Shown here: positions 30,070 to 39,992 of the stretch, one piece after another
How the letters are laid out: each line of letters begins with the position of its first letter
How positions within the stretch are numbered: the stretch's first letter is position 1
Origin: a virus
Taxonomy: Duplodnaviria > Caudoviricetes
Reading direction: 5' to 3' (one strand)
IMG/VR virus record: IMGVR_UViG_3300046694_000619
Length of the DNA: 64,000 nucleotides
Notes under the pieces: model-generated
Database searches by the model: none
Seen by the model: only the letters and a program-made list of their open reading frames with translations
What the model was told of the DNA's origin: nothing
Position numbers and translations under genes: made by a program

Positions 30070-32013
30070 ATGTCCACCACATCTTTCCTTCGCAAGACCG
30101 TCCTCGCTGCTGCCCTGGCTGCCAGCATGTCGGCATTCGCCTCCAGCTATTACGTCGTCGTGCCGGTTCCCGCGCGCACCGACACTGGCGCTGCGAACAT
30201 CTCCGTATCGCTGAGCGCCTATTCCCCGCCTGCGGGCTTCGTGGGCGACGCCTATCCCGGCTTCGATTTCAACCAGGCGTTGCAAGTCACCGGAGACCAG
30301 AACTTCAATCCATCGAACGTGCGCTGGTACGTATCCGGCGGCGCGCTGCCAGCGGGGCTCACGCTGAACGCTACCGGCAAACTCACCGGGACGCCGACCG
30401 CAGCCGGCACGTCAAGCTTCGTGGTCACGGCGGTGTATCGCACAAAATCAGGCACGAACACTTTTCAGGTCAGCGTGACGAACCTGCAGGTGAGTCTCGG
30501 CAGTGCGGTATTGCCCAATGCGACCCAGGGCGCAACGTACAGCTACGACATGAAGACGCGCCTGTCGGTGACAGGCGACTCGAGCTACTCGGGCGCAGGA
30601 GTCAGCTGGAGCATCGAGAGCGGCAACCTTCCCGCGGGCCTGAGCCTGGGCGCGAATGGCGTCATCACGGGCGTGGCCACCGCGGAAGGCACGTATCCTT
30701 TCACAGTCAAGGCAGCCTATCGGACAAAGTCCGGCATCCAGGGCTACCAGGTTGTCGTCGGCGCCATCACGGTCGGACTGCAAACCGCGACCTTGCCTGA
30801 TGCGAAGCAGGGCACAGCTTACAGCTACGACCTGAAGACGCTTCTCACGGTCGGCGGAGACGCGGCCTACTCGGGCGCAGGCGTGAGCTGGAGCGTCACG
30901 AGCGGCGCGCTGCCCGCCGGGCTGAGCATCGGAGCCGACGGCGTCATCACAGGGAGTGCCACTGCGGAAGGCACGTTTCCGTTCACAGTGAAGGCTGCGT
31001 ACAAAACGAAGTCCGGCACCCAGGGCTATCAGGTCGTGGTCGGGGCAATCACGGTCGAGTTGCAGCAAGCCACGCCACCGGGCGGCATTGTGGGCATTGC
31101 CTACAACAATGGCGCAGGATTCGACCTGAAGCCATCGGTGACCGTGAGCGGCGACGGAGCATATGCTGGCAGCGGCGCCGGCGTGCTGTGGTCGGTCACG
31201 AGCGGCACGTTGCCAGCGGGTCTGAGCCTGACGAACGCGGGTGTCATCGCAGGGACGCCGACTACCGCGGCGGTTTCGGCCACGGTCCAGGTCCAGGCAT
31301 CGTACAAAGGCAAGACAGCCACGCAGTCGTACTCGGTGCCCATCACCGGCTCCATCCAGCAGTTCAGCGGCTATCGCGCGTACGCAGATGGCACCTATGC
31401 GAGCACCTGTAACGGCTACCGCAACCCAAGCGCGCCGCACTACTACCAGGGCGCAACGGGAGATGGCATTTATCGCATCACCCCCGGCGGTGTGCCGTAC
31501 GACGTCTATTGCGACATGACGACGAATGGCGGCGGCTACACGGTCATCGAGGCGCTGCACGACACCCGTTACTACACGACCGCGACGTTCCTCCAAGCAC
31601 CTGCGGGTTCTCCGCCTGTCCCGGGCGAGGCCAACGGTACATACCTGCCGGCCGCGATTGCCATTGCATTGGCCAATCTGTCATCAGAGGTGCGCATCTC
31701 CGAATACGGTACCAGCAACGCAGCCTGGACAACCAGCGCGACGATGCTGAACAACCTGCGTCAAGGGCTGGTCGCCAACAACAACACGCAAACGGCCTAT
31801 GACCCAACGGCACTGTGGGCGGTTAGCTCGGCTGGCCTGACGCAATTCAACACGACCCAAAGCATTGCCGGACAGGGCGCCGTCAACTACCCGACGATTT
31901 TCTGGGCAGGCGGCAACAGCCGCGGACTGCATGTCACGGGGGGTGGTGGCGTGTCCAACGCGTCATGGCACTACGACACCCAGAACGGTCCGATGGTTGT
32001 CAGCTATCGTTGA
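30070..32013 (+). CDS. secreted putative-Ig-repeat protein with fibrinogen-like C-terminal domain
   Basis: Signal peptide AFA|SSYYVVVPVP; four LPAGL...GxIxG Ig repeats; DGIY...VYCDMTTNGGGYT. Confidence 0.85.
   Translation: MSTTSFLRKTVLAAALAASMSAFASSYYVVVPVPARTDTGAANISVSLSAYSPPAGFVGDAYPGFDFNQALQVTGDQNFNPSNVRWYVSGGALPAGLTLNATGKLTGTPTAAGTSSFVVTAVYRTKSGTNTFQVSVTNLQVSLGSAVLPNATQGATYSYDMKTRLSVTGDSSYSGAGVSWSIESGNLPAGLSLGANGVITGVATAEGTYPFTVKAAYRTKSGIQGYQVVVGAITVGLQTATLPDAKQGTAYSYDLKTLLTVGGDAAYSGAGVSWSVTSGALPAGLSIGADGVITGSATAEGTFPFTVKAAYKTKSGTQGYQVVVGAITVELQQATPPGGIVGIAYNNGAGFDLKPSVTVSGDGAYAGSGAGVLWSVTSGTLPAGLSLTNAGVIAGTPTTAAVSATVQVQASYKGKTATQSYSVPITGSIQQFSGYRAYADGTYASTCNGYRNPSAPHYYQGATGDGIYRITPGGVPYDVYCDMTTNGGGYTVIEALHDTRYYTTATFLQAPAGSPPVPGEANGTYLPAAIAIALANLSSEVRISEYGTSNAAWTTSATMLNNLRQGLVANNNTQTAYDPTALWAVSSAGLTQFNTTQSIAGQGAVNYPTIFWAGGNSRGLHVTGGGGVSNASWHYDTQNGPMVVSYR
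30511..31060 (+). repeat. intragenic tandem duplication of an Ig unit (282-bp period)
   Basis: LPNATQG...YQVVVGAITV and LPDAKQG...YQVVVGAITV are highly similar at DNA and protein level. Confidence 0.85.
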
Positions 32014-32032
32014 GGCATACCCGAGCTGAAAG

Positions 32033-32061
32033 AAAAACGCCGCGAGACTTTCGCGGCGTTT
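32033..32061. terminator. bidirectional terminator
   Basis: AAACGCCGCGA...TCGCGGCGTTT between convergent genes. Confidence 0.75.
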
Positions 32062-32068
32062 GAGTCAT

Positions 32069-32575
32069 TCAGTCTGTAGCACCGGTCAATCGTTCTGACC
32101 GCAAAACATGTAGCAATCGCCGGATGGCGATACCATCCGGGCAGGTTTTTCTGAGGTCGTAAATCCCGCAAAAGAAGAAACAGAGCCCGAAAATAGTTGC
32201 CTCATAAAAATGGGCATGCCGGAACAGCAGAAAAAACACGGGTCCCGCACAAAGGACCGCCAACGGTCCGCAAAGATAGGTCAACAGCACCTGCCACGTG
32301 TCCGGGAAGTTTCCTTCATCCACAAACGTCGTGTGGCCGTTGTTAGGCAACCAGCCCAACGTGAAGGAATAGCCTCGCACGACAACCGTAAAAATCGGCT
32401 TTGTTCCAATCCGGATACCCGTTGAGCGAACGCCAAGCAGCGCGCCAGCAACGGCATGGCCGACTTCATGAATCGCAAACACCATGTGCGCAAACAGGAT
32501 GTACACGACAATGGCGAATTGATACTGCCTGACCGCGTCTTCGAAATTCCACCAGAAAAGCTGAAACGAAACCAT
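32069..32575 (-). CDS. M50 / site-2 protease-like membrane metallopeptidase
   Basis: AIHEVGH (HExxH) inside a TM segment; CGP and PDG motifs. Confidence 0.75.
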   Translation of the reverse strand: MVSFQLFWWNFEDAVRQYQFAIVVYILFAHMVFAIHEVGHAVAGALLGVRSTGIRIGTKPIFTVVVRGYSFTLGWLPNNGHTTFVDEGNFPDTWQVLLTYLCGPLAVLCAGPVFFLLFRHAHFYEATIFGLCFFFCGIYDLRKTCPDGIAIRRLLHVLRSERLTGATD

Positions 32576-32703
32576 TTGTGTACCTCATTGAATTGGCCTA
32601 ATCAGTATAAGGGGACACGTCGCGTGCAAGCATTGCGCATCGGGACCACAGCAATAAAAAAGCGCCCAGAAAAAGGGCGCTTTAATAAAGAGAGAAGCGT
32701 CGG

Positions 32704-33093
32704 TTACTGGAGCGCACCGACGATGAAGATGCCCAGTTCGTTGGCCGTTTCTTTTGCCTCGGACTTGCGCATATCCCACGGCTGGACCAGGTCGGAACCT
32801 GCTTCAGTCACGATGCGCCACGCGGTCACGAACCAGCCTCGCTTCGTGTTGAAGCGTTCCATGCGGTCACGCTTGAAGTAGCCGACTTTCTCGAAGCCAC
32901 CCTCGCGCGGGCGGAAGGTTTCCAGCAGTTCCGCGCCACCATTGTTGCGCAACTGCTGCAAGAGGCACTGGTCGGCAGGGCTCGTGGTCACCGGATAGAT
33001 GCCACAGGTCCAGCTCGAAAAAAGCCGGTCCTTCCAGCCGCGTTTGTGTTCGAGAGCAAAACGGTTCAGCGCATTGATTTGGTCGACGTTCAT
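32704..33093 (-). CDS. hypothetical protein
   Basis: GAGGA RBS; CTATAC 37 nt upstream; terminator at 32656-32683. Confidence 0.7.
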   Translation of the reverse strand: MNVDQINALNRFALEHKRGWKDRLFSSWTCGIYPVTTSPADQCLLQQLRNNGGAELLETFRPREGGFEKVGYFKRDRMERFNTKRGWFVTAWRIVTEAGSDLVQPWDMRKSEAKETANELGIFIVGALQ

Positions 33094-33154
33094 AGATTCC
33101 TCGCAAAAAAGTAGTTGGCCTTGCAGACCCGTATAGGCTGCGGCCGCGCGAATG

Positions 33155-33179
33155 AAAAAACCCGGGCAGAAGCCCGGGT
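33155..33179 (-). terminator. intrinsic terminator
   Basis: CCCGGGC stem followed by T6 on the minus strand. Confidence 0.8.
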
Positions 33180-33206
33180 GCGAGGAGAAGTACTTGACGA
33201 AGCGCC

Positions 33207-34004
33207 TTACTTCGACGGCTTCGGAGGTTTCTGCGGCAGCTGCGCGATTTCCGCCAGTTCGTAGATGTAGACCTCGACACTGCGCATCTTGAAACCGGAC
33301 GAGTGGCCCTGGTGATTTTCGAACGACGTCACTTTCGACGAAGGCAGGCGCTGGGCAAAAAGCTTCATCAGTGCGTCACGACTCGCGTCGCAGTCACGGA
33401 TTTCCCAGTCACGGCCGTCCTGTTCCAGCACGAAGCCACGCTCCCGGAGACTTGCATGCCAGAGGACACGGCGTTCCTTGTCCGACACGGGAGTGTCCGA
33501 CTGGAAGCTGAAATCGCCGAAGAGCGAACAGCTGAACTTGGCCTTGCAACCATACTTGCCGAACGACAGGTCACTGATGTGGCCAAACCCTTCGAGGTCC
33601 CACCAGCTATTGAGCTGCTCGTCCAACTTTTTCAGACAGGCTTTCGTCACGTCTGGGCCTTGTGCAGCACCGAGCTGTGCCTCGAGCTCGCGAACGCGCA
33701 TGTTTGCCGCGCGCACCCGTGCAAAACGGTTCTCCATCTCGGCCGCAGAATCGGTCTCGATGCCAAGCAATTTTCCCAGGTCGGCCATGCGATGCTCCGC
33801 GACCGACAGGCAATTGGTCGCGAGTCCGCGCGGCAAACCGTCCTTGAACACACTCGCGTCGGGCCCTTTGAGGACGCTTGCGATTGTGCCCATCGCCTGC
33901 TGCAGGTCGAGGATGTGCTTCAAAGCGACCGCTTTCTGGTCGGCATTCAGCTCGATGATGTGGTCGTCACCATCTTCAAGCGGGAGGGTGATTTCGAGTG
34001 TCAT
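33207..34004 (-). CDS. hypothetical protein
   Basis: AAGGA RBS before ATG 34004; CTATAC 34 nt upstream. Confidence 0.72.
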   Translation of the reverse strand: MTLEITLPLEDGDDHIIELNADQKAVALKHILDLQQAMGTIASVLKGPDASVFKDGLPRGLATNCLSVAEHRMADLGKLLGIETDSAAEMENRFARVRAANMRVRELEAQLGAAQGPDVTKACLKKLDEQLNSWWDLEGFGHISDLSFGKYGCKAKFSCSLFGDFSFQSDTPVSDKERRVLWHASLRERGFVLEQDGRDWEIRDCDASRDALMKLFAQRLPSSKVTSFENHQGHSSGFKMRSVEVYIYELAEIAQLPQKPPKPSK

Positions 34005-34113
34005 GGTGTTCCTTTCATGTGTGAGTTGCCCTGACTCTGTATAGCCCGGCGCCCACGACAATATCTAATTACATGGTATACTAATTTCCATCAAACATCT
34101 GGAGTTGTCGCGC

Positions 34114-34737
34114 GTGAGCACTGAAACAAATGAGTCCCCATCGTGGGGTTCGCGGCTGCTGGACACCGCAAAATCGGCCCTGACTTCGGTGTTTCCGGCG
34201 CTTGGCGCCGTCGACGCTGCCAGGGAATTCATCTCGGAAGCCGTGGCGCAAAAGATTCGTAATGAGGCGAGCGTCAAGGCGCAGGCGCTGATTTCGCAGG
34301 CCCACCGCAAGGTCATCTTCTCCATCGTCTGGCAAAACGGCCTGCTCATGCTCTCGCTGGTGCCGGTGTACTTCCTGCGCGCGCCGTGGCCGTTCTACGT
34401 GGCGTACGCCTGCGTGTTCGGCTACTCCACGTATTCGGCTTACGAGTATCGCGGCATCATCTGGCGCCTGTGCAAGACGTTCAGCGTAACCCAGACGTTG
34501 GCGCTCGAGGTGCGCGAAGCCATCGAGACCGAACTGACCTCGCGTCAGTTTTTTGAGCGTAAGGCCGTCGAGTGGCTCGGCCCGGACATGAAACGACTGG
34601 CGGAAGACGTCGCGCGCAAACTCAAGCCGGATGTCATGATGGCCGCGTTCAATATGGCATTTACGCTCTTCACGGCGTTTATCGCGTTCCGGGTGTTCGT
34701 GATTCCGCTGCTCGAGCATCGCGCGCTGATGCATTGA
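34114..34737 (+). CDS. hypothetical membrane protein
   Basis: Three hydrophobic segments; TGGTATACT at 34074-34082; start uncertain. Confidence 0.65.
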   Translation: MSTETNESPSWGSRLLDTAKSALTSVFPALGAVDAAREFISEAVAQKIRNEASVKAQALISQAHRKVIFSIVWQNGLLMLSLVPVYFLRAPWPFYVAYACVFGYSTYSAYEYRGIIWRLCKTFSVTQTLALEVREAIETELTSRQFFERKAVEWLGPDMKRLAEDVARKLKPDVMMAAFNMAFTLFTAFIAFRVFVIPLLEHRALMH

Positions 34738-34831
34738 GCGACCTTCGCCGGCATCTTCGCCAGAATGGACGAAATAGCATTAAAAGGCTATATTATTATT
34801 TCCTGCAACCATCAGTACAAAGTAAATCCGT

Positions 34832-35212
34832 ATGAACACTGCAAGTGCACAAGGTCTCGTTTCGTTCGCCCCCGGCAAGGTCGTGGCCAGTCTTTCCGCC
34901 GACGAGGTTCGCTGCGCGCTGTCCACCGCAATGGGCTTGGGCGTGGCCCTGGTCCACGTCTCGTATCCGAATGTGGATAGCCGTAATCACAAGAGCCTCG
35001 AGTCGCTGGTGTCGAAGCTCTCGGGTCACGGTTTCGCCGAAACGGCGACGATGGTTCACGAAGAAGTGCCGTATATGGTCTTCAAAGACCTGAAGAAGGC
35101 CCTGAATGTGTACCACGAAATCCAGAAGGATTCGGTGGCCATCTCTGCATCGCTGTATTACGCCGGCGTCACTGGCCTGCAAGCCGAAGCCGCCATTCTG
35201 GCCGCTGCCTAA
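34832..35212 (+). CDS. hypothetical protein
   Basis: 126-aa ORF after an AT-rich gap. Confidence 0.6.
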   Translation: MNTASAQGLVSFAPGKVVASLSADEVRCALSTAMGLGVALVHVSYPNVDSRNHKSLESLVSKLSGHGFAETATMVHEEVPYMVFKDLKKALNVYHEIQKDSVAISASLYYAGVTGLQAEAAILAAA

Positions 35213-35271
35213 GGTCGCCTGCCGCCGCGCAAGGTGCGCGGCTTAACTGTTGGCGTTTGCTGGAGAGCGAG

Positions 35272-35637
35272 ATGGCGATAGAGGATGTTGTGTACAACGT
35301 GGACGGCAGCGTTGCTGCGTACCGGATGTCGGATGGTCGCATGCGGGTAAAGCTGCCCACGAGGGCACCGTCTGCGCCGGCAGCTCCAATGGAGCACTCG
35401 TGCACGCCTGACAGCATGGGCGAGATTCCTGCGAGCGCTCACGCCCGCAGGGACCGGGTCCTGGTGTACGCCATCATCCTGCTGGGTTCCGCCGCGCTGG
35501 GACTGTTGGGTGATGTGCCTGGCGGGTACATTCTGCCGCGCGGAATCATGGGGTTCTTCGCCGTGGTCGGCATCACTTCCGTTGTCGTGGACATTCAGCT
35601 GCGTGCTTCTAAGCGCAAGCCGCGCTCGCCTTCGTAA
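35272..35637 (+). CDS. hypothetical membrane protein
   Basis: GGAG RBS; two TM segments. Confidence 0.55.
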   Translation: MAIEDVVYNVDGSVAAYRMSDGRMRVKLPTRAPSAPAAPMEHSCTPDSMGEIPASAHARRDRVLVYAIILLGSAALGLLGDVPGGYILPRGIMGFFAVVGITSVVVDIQLRASKRKPRSPS

Positions 35638-35691
35638 ATCCGGTGGCCGGTCGACGATATACCGAACAACGACACTTCTGAAGGAACACGC

Positions 35692-36909
35692 ATGACTGCA
35701 ACTCCGCGCAAGCGCCGCTCGAGCGCAAAGGATAGGACGGACACCGCGCCGCCGGCGCTCGCGCCCATCGTCTCTCCGGTTGCGCAGGCCGGTGAGCCGG
35801 TCGAAGACCGTGCGCTGCGCCCCAAGCGCCTCGCAGACTACATCGGTCAGCAGGCGCTGCGCGCGCAGCTTGGCATTTTCCTTAACGCGGCCAAGCATCG
35901 CGCTGAGGCACTCGACCATGTCCTGCTGTCCGGCCCGCCGGGCCTGGGCAAGACGACGCTCGCGCAAATCATCGCTGCCGAGCTCGGCGTCGGCCTCAAG
36001 GTGACGACGGGGCCGGTGCTCGAGAAACCAGGCGACATTGCAGCGCTCCTCACGGGCCTGAACGCGAACGACGTGCTCTTCATCGACGAGATTCACCGGC
36101 TGCCGCCCGTCGTCGAGGAGGTGCTGTATCCGGCGATGGAAGACTACAAGCTCGACATCCTGGTCGGGGAAGGGCAGGAGGCGCGCACGGTGACCGTGCC
36201 GCTGTCGCCCTTTACGCTCGTGGGTGCCACGACGCGCGCGGGCAGTCTCTCGGCGCCGTTGCGCGACCGTTTTGGCATTACCGGTCGCATGGAGTTTTAC
36301 ACAGACGCGGAACTCGAATCCATCGTGACCCGCTCGGCAGGGCTTCTTGGCGTCGGTATGGCGCCGGGCGCCGCGCTCGAGGTCGCCATGCGTTCGCGCG
36401 GCACACCACGTATCGCCAACCGGCTGCTGCGTCGCGTGCGCGACTACGCGACCGTCACCGGGCCGAACCCGAACGAAGTCAGCAACGCCGATGCACAAGC
36501 GGCTCTCGCCATGCTTGGCGTCGACTCGCGCGGGCTGGACTCGATTGACCGCCGGCTACTTCAGGCGATGGTCGACTTTTACGGCGGCGGCCCCGTCGGC
36601 CTGAATACGTTGTGCGCGGCCATCAGCGAAGTAGAAGACACGATTGAGGATGCGGTCGAGCCGTTCCTCATCCAGCAGGGTTTCCTGCAGCGCACGCCGC
36701 GCGGACGCGTCATCACCGAGCTCGGACGCACGCATCTCGGTGCATGTCCTGGTCAGCCACCCGTGCAGGCCTCGCGCAGTGGTGGCCCGGTGTATGTGGG
36801 CGGTATCCAGCCGGCCGGGCAAGGGAAGGGCGCAGTGCTGAAGTTGGACCCGAATGGACTTGGTGTCGTGCGCGACCCGAAAACGGGCGAATACCTGCCG
36901 ACGTATTGA
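35692..36909 (+). CDS. ruvB: Holliday junction branch migration ATPase RuvB
   Basis: [65 protein letters not shown]. Confidence 0.97.
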   Translation: MTATPRKRRSSAKDRTDTAPPALAPIVSPVAQAGEPVEDRALRPKRLADYIGQQALRAQLGIFLNAAKHRAEALDHVLLSGPPGLGKTTLAQIIAAELGVGLKVTTGPVLEKPGDIAALLTGLNANDVLFIDEIHRLPPVVEEVLYPAMEDYKLDILVGEGQEARTVTVPLSPFTLVGATTRAGSLSAPLRDRFGITGRMEFYTDAELESIVTRSAGLLGVGMAPGAALEVAMRSRGTPRIANRLLRRVRDYATVTGPNPNEVSNADAQAALAMLGVDSRGLDSIDRRLLQAMVDFYGGGPVGLNTLCAAISEVEDTIEDAVEPFLIQQGFLQRTPRGRVITELGRTHLGACPGQPPVQASRSGGPVYVGGIQPAGQGKGAVLKLDPNGLGVVRDPKTGEYLPTY

Positions 36910-36931
36910 ATACATAAACCGGAGCCAGGAG

Positions 36932-37225
36932 ATGAATCGAATCAAGCAGATGAGCCACGGAATGGATGTCGCGTTCTATGAGCGGCTCGCCACGGTCTTC
37001 GCATACTACGGCGCGATTATGGCGACGGCTCGCTTCTGGCTGGTTCCGGCGTTCGCCTGGGTGGACCAGCATCACCCGCAAGCCCACGAGTACGCGGTGT
37101 GGGCCATGGTATTGCTGCTTTCGCTCGTCGGGGCGGTCCTCCTGGCGCGGACGCTGGCGGCTCCCGCGCCGACGCTCCAACAACCCGCAAGGTACCCGGA
37201 GGTGGTGCGTCCGTTCAGGAATTGA
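36932..37225 (+). CDS. small membrane protein
   Basis: Two TM segments; start uncertain. Confidence 0.5.
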   Translation: MNRIKQMSHGMDVAFYERLATVFAYYGAIMATARFWLVPAFAWVDQHHPQAHEYAVWAMVLLLSLVGAVLLARTLAAPAPTLQQPARYPEVVRPFRN

Positions 37226-37284
37226 TACGGGCTTTCTATACAGGAAAGCAGGACCCATTCAATCAAGGACAGACGGAGCACATC

Positions 37285-37761
37285 ATGCAAAACTGGAAGG
37301 TATGCGGCTCGACTTACAATGGAGCCGTAGCCGTTTTCATTCAGGCTCAGAGCCGCACGGCTGCCATCGAAATCAGCAGCAAGGCGCCACACCTGCTACT
37401 GGTTGTTCGTAGCGCCGAGCTGCGGACTGAAGAGGACGTCTGGCATATCGCCACGAGCCATCTCTGCAGGCAGCACGGCTGGCGCGCCGAGAGCGTACTC
37501 GACAACGTTGTGATGAAGGACTACGACGGTGCTGACGGCTTTACGGAAGCACTTGCCAGCATCCGTTACGGCGTGAAAAGTTCGCAGTTCGTCATGAGCT
37601 GCTCTTACACGCTCGAAGACGGCCATGGCGATTCGTTGCAGCTCATGGCCATTCCGGAATCTGCTTCGAAGGAAGAAATCGAAGCATGTGTGGACGCGTT
37701 CGCTGCCAAGGCGGACACGTTTGTCACCGCGAGCGCTGCCACAGCTTTCGCTCACGGTTGA
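37285..37761 (+). CDS. hypothetical protein (paralog of 37912..38412)
   Basis: GGAG RBS; CTATAC 43 nt upstream. Confidence 0.7.
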   Translation: MQNWKVCGSTYNGAVAVFIQAQSRTAAIEISSKAPHLLLVVRSAELRTEEDVWHIATSHLCRQHGWRAESVLDNVVMKDYDGADGFTEALASIRYGVKSSQFVMSCSYTLEDGHGDSLQLMAIPESASKEEIEACVDAFAAKADTFVTASAATAFAHG

Positions 37762-37911
37762 GATTTGTCTCTCCCTCGCCCAGCGATTCTGCTGGGCTTT
37801 TTCATTTTCAACGCCAGCTGACGTGTTGCCGGTCCTGAGGATTCGGGCGATGTCGGCTATACGCTCACGTAGGAACCTTTAATATTGAGTGAATTGCCCA
37901 GAGGACACATC

Positions 37912-38412
37912 ATGAAAGAATGGCGAGTACGCGGCAGAAGAGATGACTCCATCAAGATTGTGGAAATCATCGTTGAAGCAAAGAGCTGGGCAGGTGCAGT
38001 CGCCGAAGCACAATCGGGAGCGCATCAGCTCAAGGTACGTGATGCGGTGCGTATCGACCTCGAAGCACTGGCAATCGGCCGACTCATCACCGAGCATGGC
38101 TGGATGTCGTACGCGCAGCACCCGTGGAAGTCGTACCGCGACAATCCGATTTTCACTACGAAAGACTTTCCGACCGCAGTCGGCCCGCAAATGGCCGTGA
38201 TTCGCCCGGTTGTGCCCGACAATGGCCTGGCTCAATTGTGGCTCGTTGGCGAGTACATCAGTGAAGGCAATAACGCACTGGTGGGCACGATGGCCATCAT
38301 CCCGCAAGACGCTGACGACGCCGAGGTTTTCCGGCACGTCGACGACTTCGCAGCTTGCGTGGCTCAACGCATCTCCGAAACATACGCCGCGCGCCTTCTG
38401 AAGGCAGTCTGA
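37912..38412 (+). CDS. hypothetical protein
   Basis: GAGGA RBS; shares W.V.G, HGW and IP..A...E....VD.FAA with the upstream gene. Confidence 0.7.
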   Translation: MKEWRVRGRRDDSIKIVEIIVEAKSWAGAVAEAQSGAHQLKVRDAVRIDLEALAIGRLITEHGWMSYAQHPWKSYRDNPIFTTKDFPTAVGPQMAVIRPVVPDNGLAQLWLVGEYISEGNNALVGTMAIIPQDADDAEVFRHVDDFAACVAQRISETYAARLLKAV

Positions 38413-38541
38413 TTCGCACTGACGCAACACCCTCGAGCCCGGCATTCGCTGGGCTTTTTTCTTTGAGAGCCAAGCCCAGTGCGGCTCTCAAGACAATGAC
38501 ACACGCTCTATACCGAATTACGCGAGCGTAACGCTCATCTC

Positions 38542-38820
38542 GTGCAATCCAGTTCGGAGTATTCATCGACTATGCTTCTCATCATCGCGGCCGCCAGCGT
38601 CACTGGCGGGTTCCTGTTCATTCTCATCGGTGCAATTCTTGAGGTCCGCGCGGCGGTCAAGTTCCAGGCCACGCTGAAAACAAAACTCGGCTTCCTCTCA
38701 TTTCGCCAGCAAATCAAGAAATCCGAATTCGGTCAGATGCATCGCAACGGTCGCATCCTGCGCGCGCTCGGCGTGCTGACCTTCGCGGGTTTCTTTCTCT
38801 GGGCCGGCCTGCACCGGTAA
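38542..38820 (+). CDS. small membrane protein
   Basis: Two TM segments; CTATAC 28 nt upstream. Confidence 0.55.
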   Translation: MQSSSEYSSTMLLIIAAASVTGGFLFILIGAILEVRAAVKFQATLKTKLGFLSFRQQIKKSEFGQMHRNGRILRALGVLTFAGFFLWAGLHR

Positions 38821-38874
38821 CCCACGGCGCAAAAGAAAATCGCCCCATCAAGGAGCGATTTTGAGTTTTGCAGC

Positions 38875-39255
38875 CTAGTCGTAGCGGCGGTTGCAATGCA
38901 GCAGGTCATACGTCTTCATCAGGTCTTGCAGGTTTGCACCTACACGCTTGTCCATCGTGGTGTCCAGAACGCCAATCTGCCGGCAGTTCTTCACATACTG
39001 CGAGTCGATGGAGTAGAGCGCTGCTTCCTTGATGTTGATGATGATTGTGTCCGCATGAAAACCGGTTGCAGCATGAGCAGGGCTCTTGCTGGTCATCAGA
39101 ACGCAACCTTGACGGACTTCACCAGTACGCTCCGGGTTGGTCGACACGGGTGCGACCGCGATGCGGCCGTTGACCATGCCAAGCACAACTGCGGGACGAC
39201 GCTTGCCGTTCGGGTCAGTCGGACGAATAAGGCCAGTGACAACGACGAATTTCAT
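38875..39255 (-). CDS. PemK/MazF-like fold protein
   Basis: GKRRPAVVLG...AVAPVST; GGAGG RBS; CTATAC 38 nt upstream. Confidence 0.6.
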   Translation of the reverse strand: MKFVVVTGLIRPTDPNGKRRPAVVLGMVNGRIAVAPVSTNPERTGEVRQGCVLMTSKSPAHAATGFHADTIIINIKEAALYSIDSQYVKNCRQIGVLDTTMDKRVGANLQDLMKTYDLLHCNRRYD

Positions 39256-39395
39256 GATGTTTGCCTCCAGTAGGCAGCTATTTCCACATAGCCGTATAGC
39301 GCCAAATGCGGCAAAATAGCGTGTAATCGGAGGTGTCGCTGGCGCGCCGCGCTGTTCTATACGGAACATGGCAACAATTAACCAGCGAGGAAGCT

Positions 39396-39884
39396 ATGAA
39401 TCAGGTAATGAGCAGTGCAGTTCACGCAGAGATGGAACAACTTTTCGGTTCGGACGACGCAATCGGCATGCGCGTCATCGTGGATGAGCGGCACCCCGTG
39501 CTGACGATGTCCGAGTTCGAAGCGTTCAAGCAGCAGAACCCCGGTTTCGCAGGCGACTGGCGTGTCGCAATGCCCGACGGCTCGAGTTCGGTCGTTTGTA
39601 CGAACTACGCGAAGCACATCAAGGCCACGCTGAAGCAGCGTAACGTCGAAATCGTAGGCTTCATGTGCTCGGATAATCAGGACTGCACGTTCACGCGTAT
39701 GGACCTGGCTGAAGGGCACGATTTCGCGCTCGTCGACGGTCGCTACCTGGTCGACCCGTGGATGCGTCTTGTCTGCGGCTACGACAACATCCCGATGGTC
39801 TACGACCTGACGAATCAGGCCGAAGCCCAGCAGGCGCATCACATGTACGGTGCGCGTGACCGCTGGGTTCGCGTGGACAAGTAA
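39396..39884 (+). CDS. hypothetical protein, possible papain/transglutaminase-like fold
   Basis: CTNYA...GHDFALVDGRYLVDPW gives Cys-His-Asp order. Confidence 0.6.
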   Translation: MNQVMSSAVHAEMEQLFGSDDAIGMRVIVDERHPVLTMSEFEAFKQQNPGFAGDWRVAMPDGSSSVVCTNYAKHIKATLKQRNVEIVGFMCSDNQDCTFTRMDLAEGHDFALVDGRYLVDPWMRLVCGYDNIPMVYDLTNQAEAQQAHHMYGARDRWVRVDK

Positions 39885-39901
39885 GCCTTTCTTAACCTCG
39901 G

Positions 39902-39930
39902 ACCCCGCTTAACCGCGGGGTTTTTTCTTT
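39902..39930 (+). terminator. intrinsic terminator
   Basis: ACCCCGC...GCGGGGT followed by T tract. Confidence 0.8.
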
Positions 39931-39992
39931 CCTGCTTCACGGGCGCGCAAGCGTTTTGAGCTATACCACAGACGCCACTTATCGCTTCGACC

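Noticed and set aside
35209-36498. 429-aa minus-strand ORF (likewise 7167..8423, 48822..50027 and 56074..57222)
   Set aside because: Each is antisense to a well-supported gene (ruvB, alkB/DUF6884, the RCC1 protein, the AAA ATPase).
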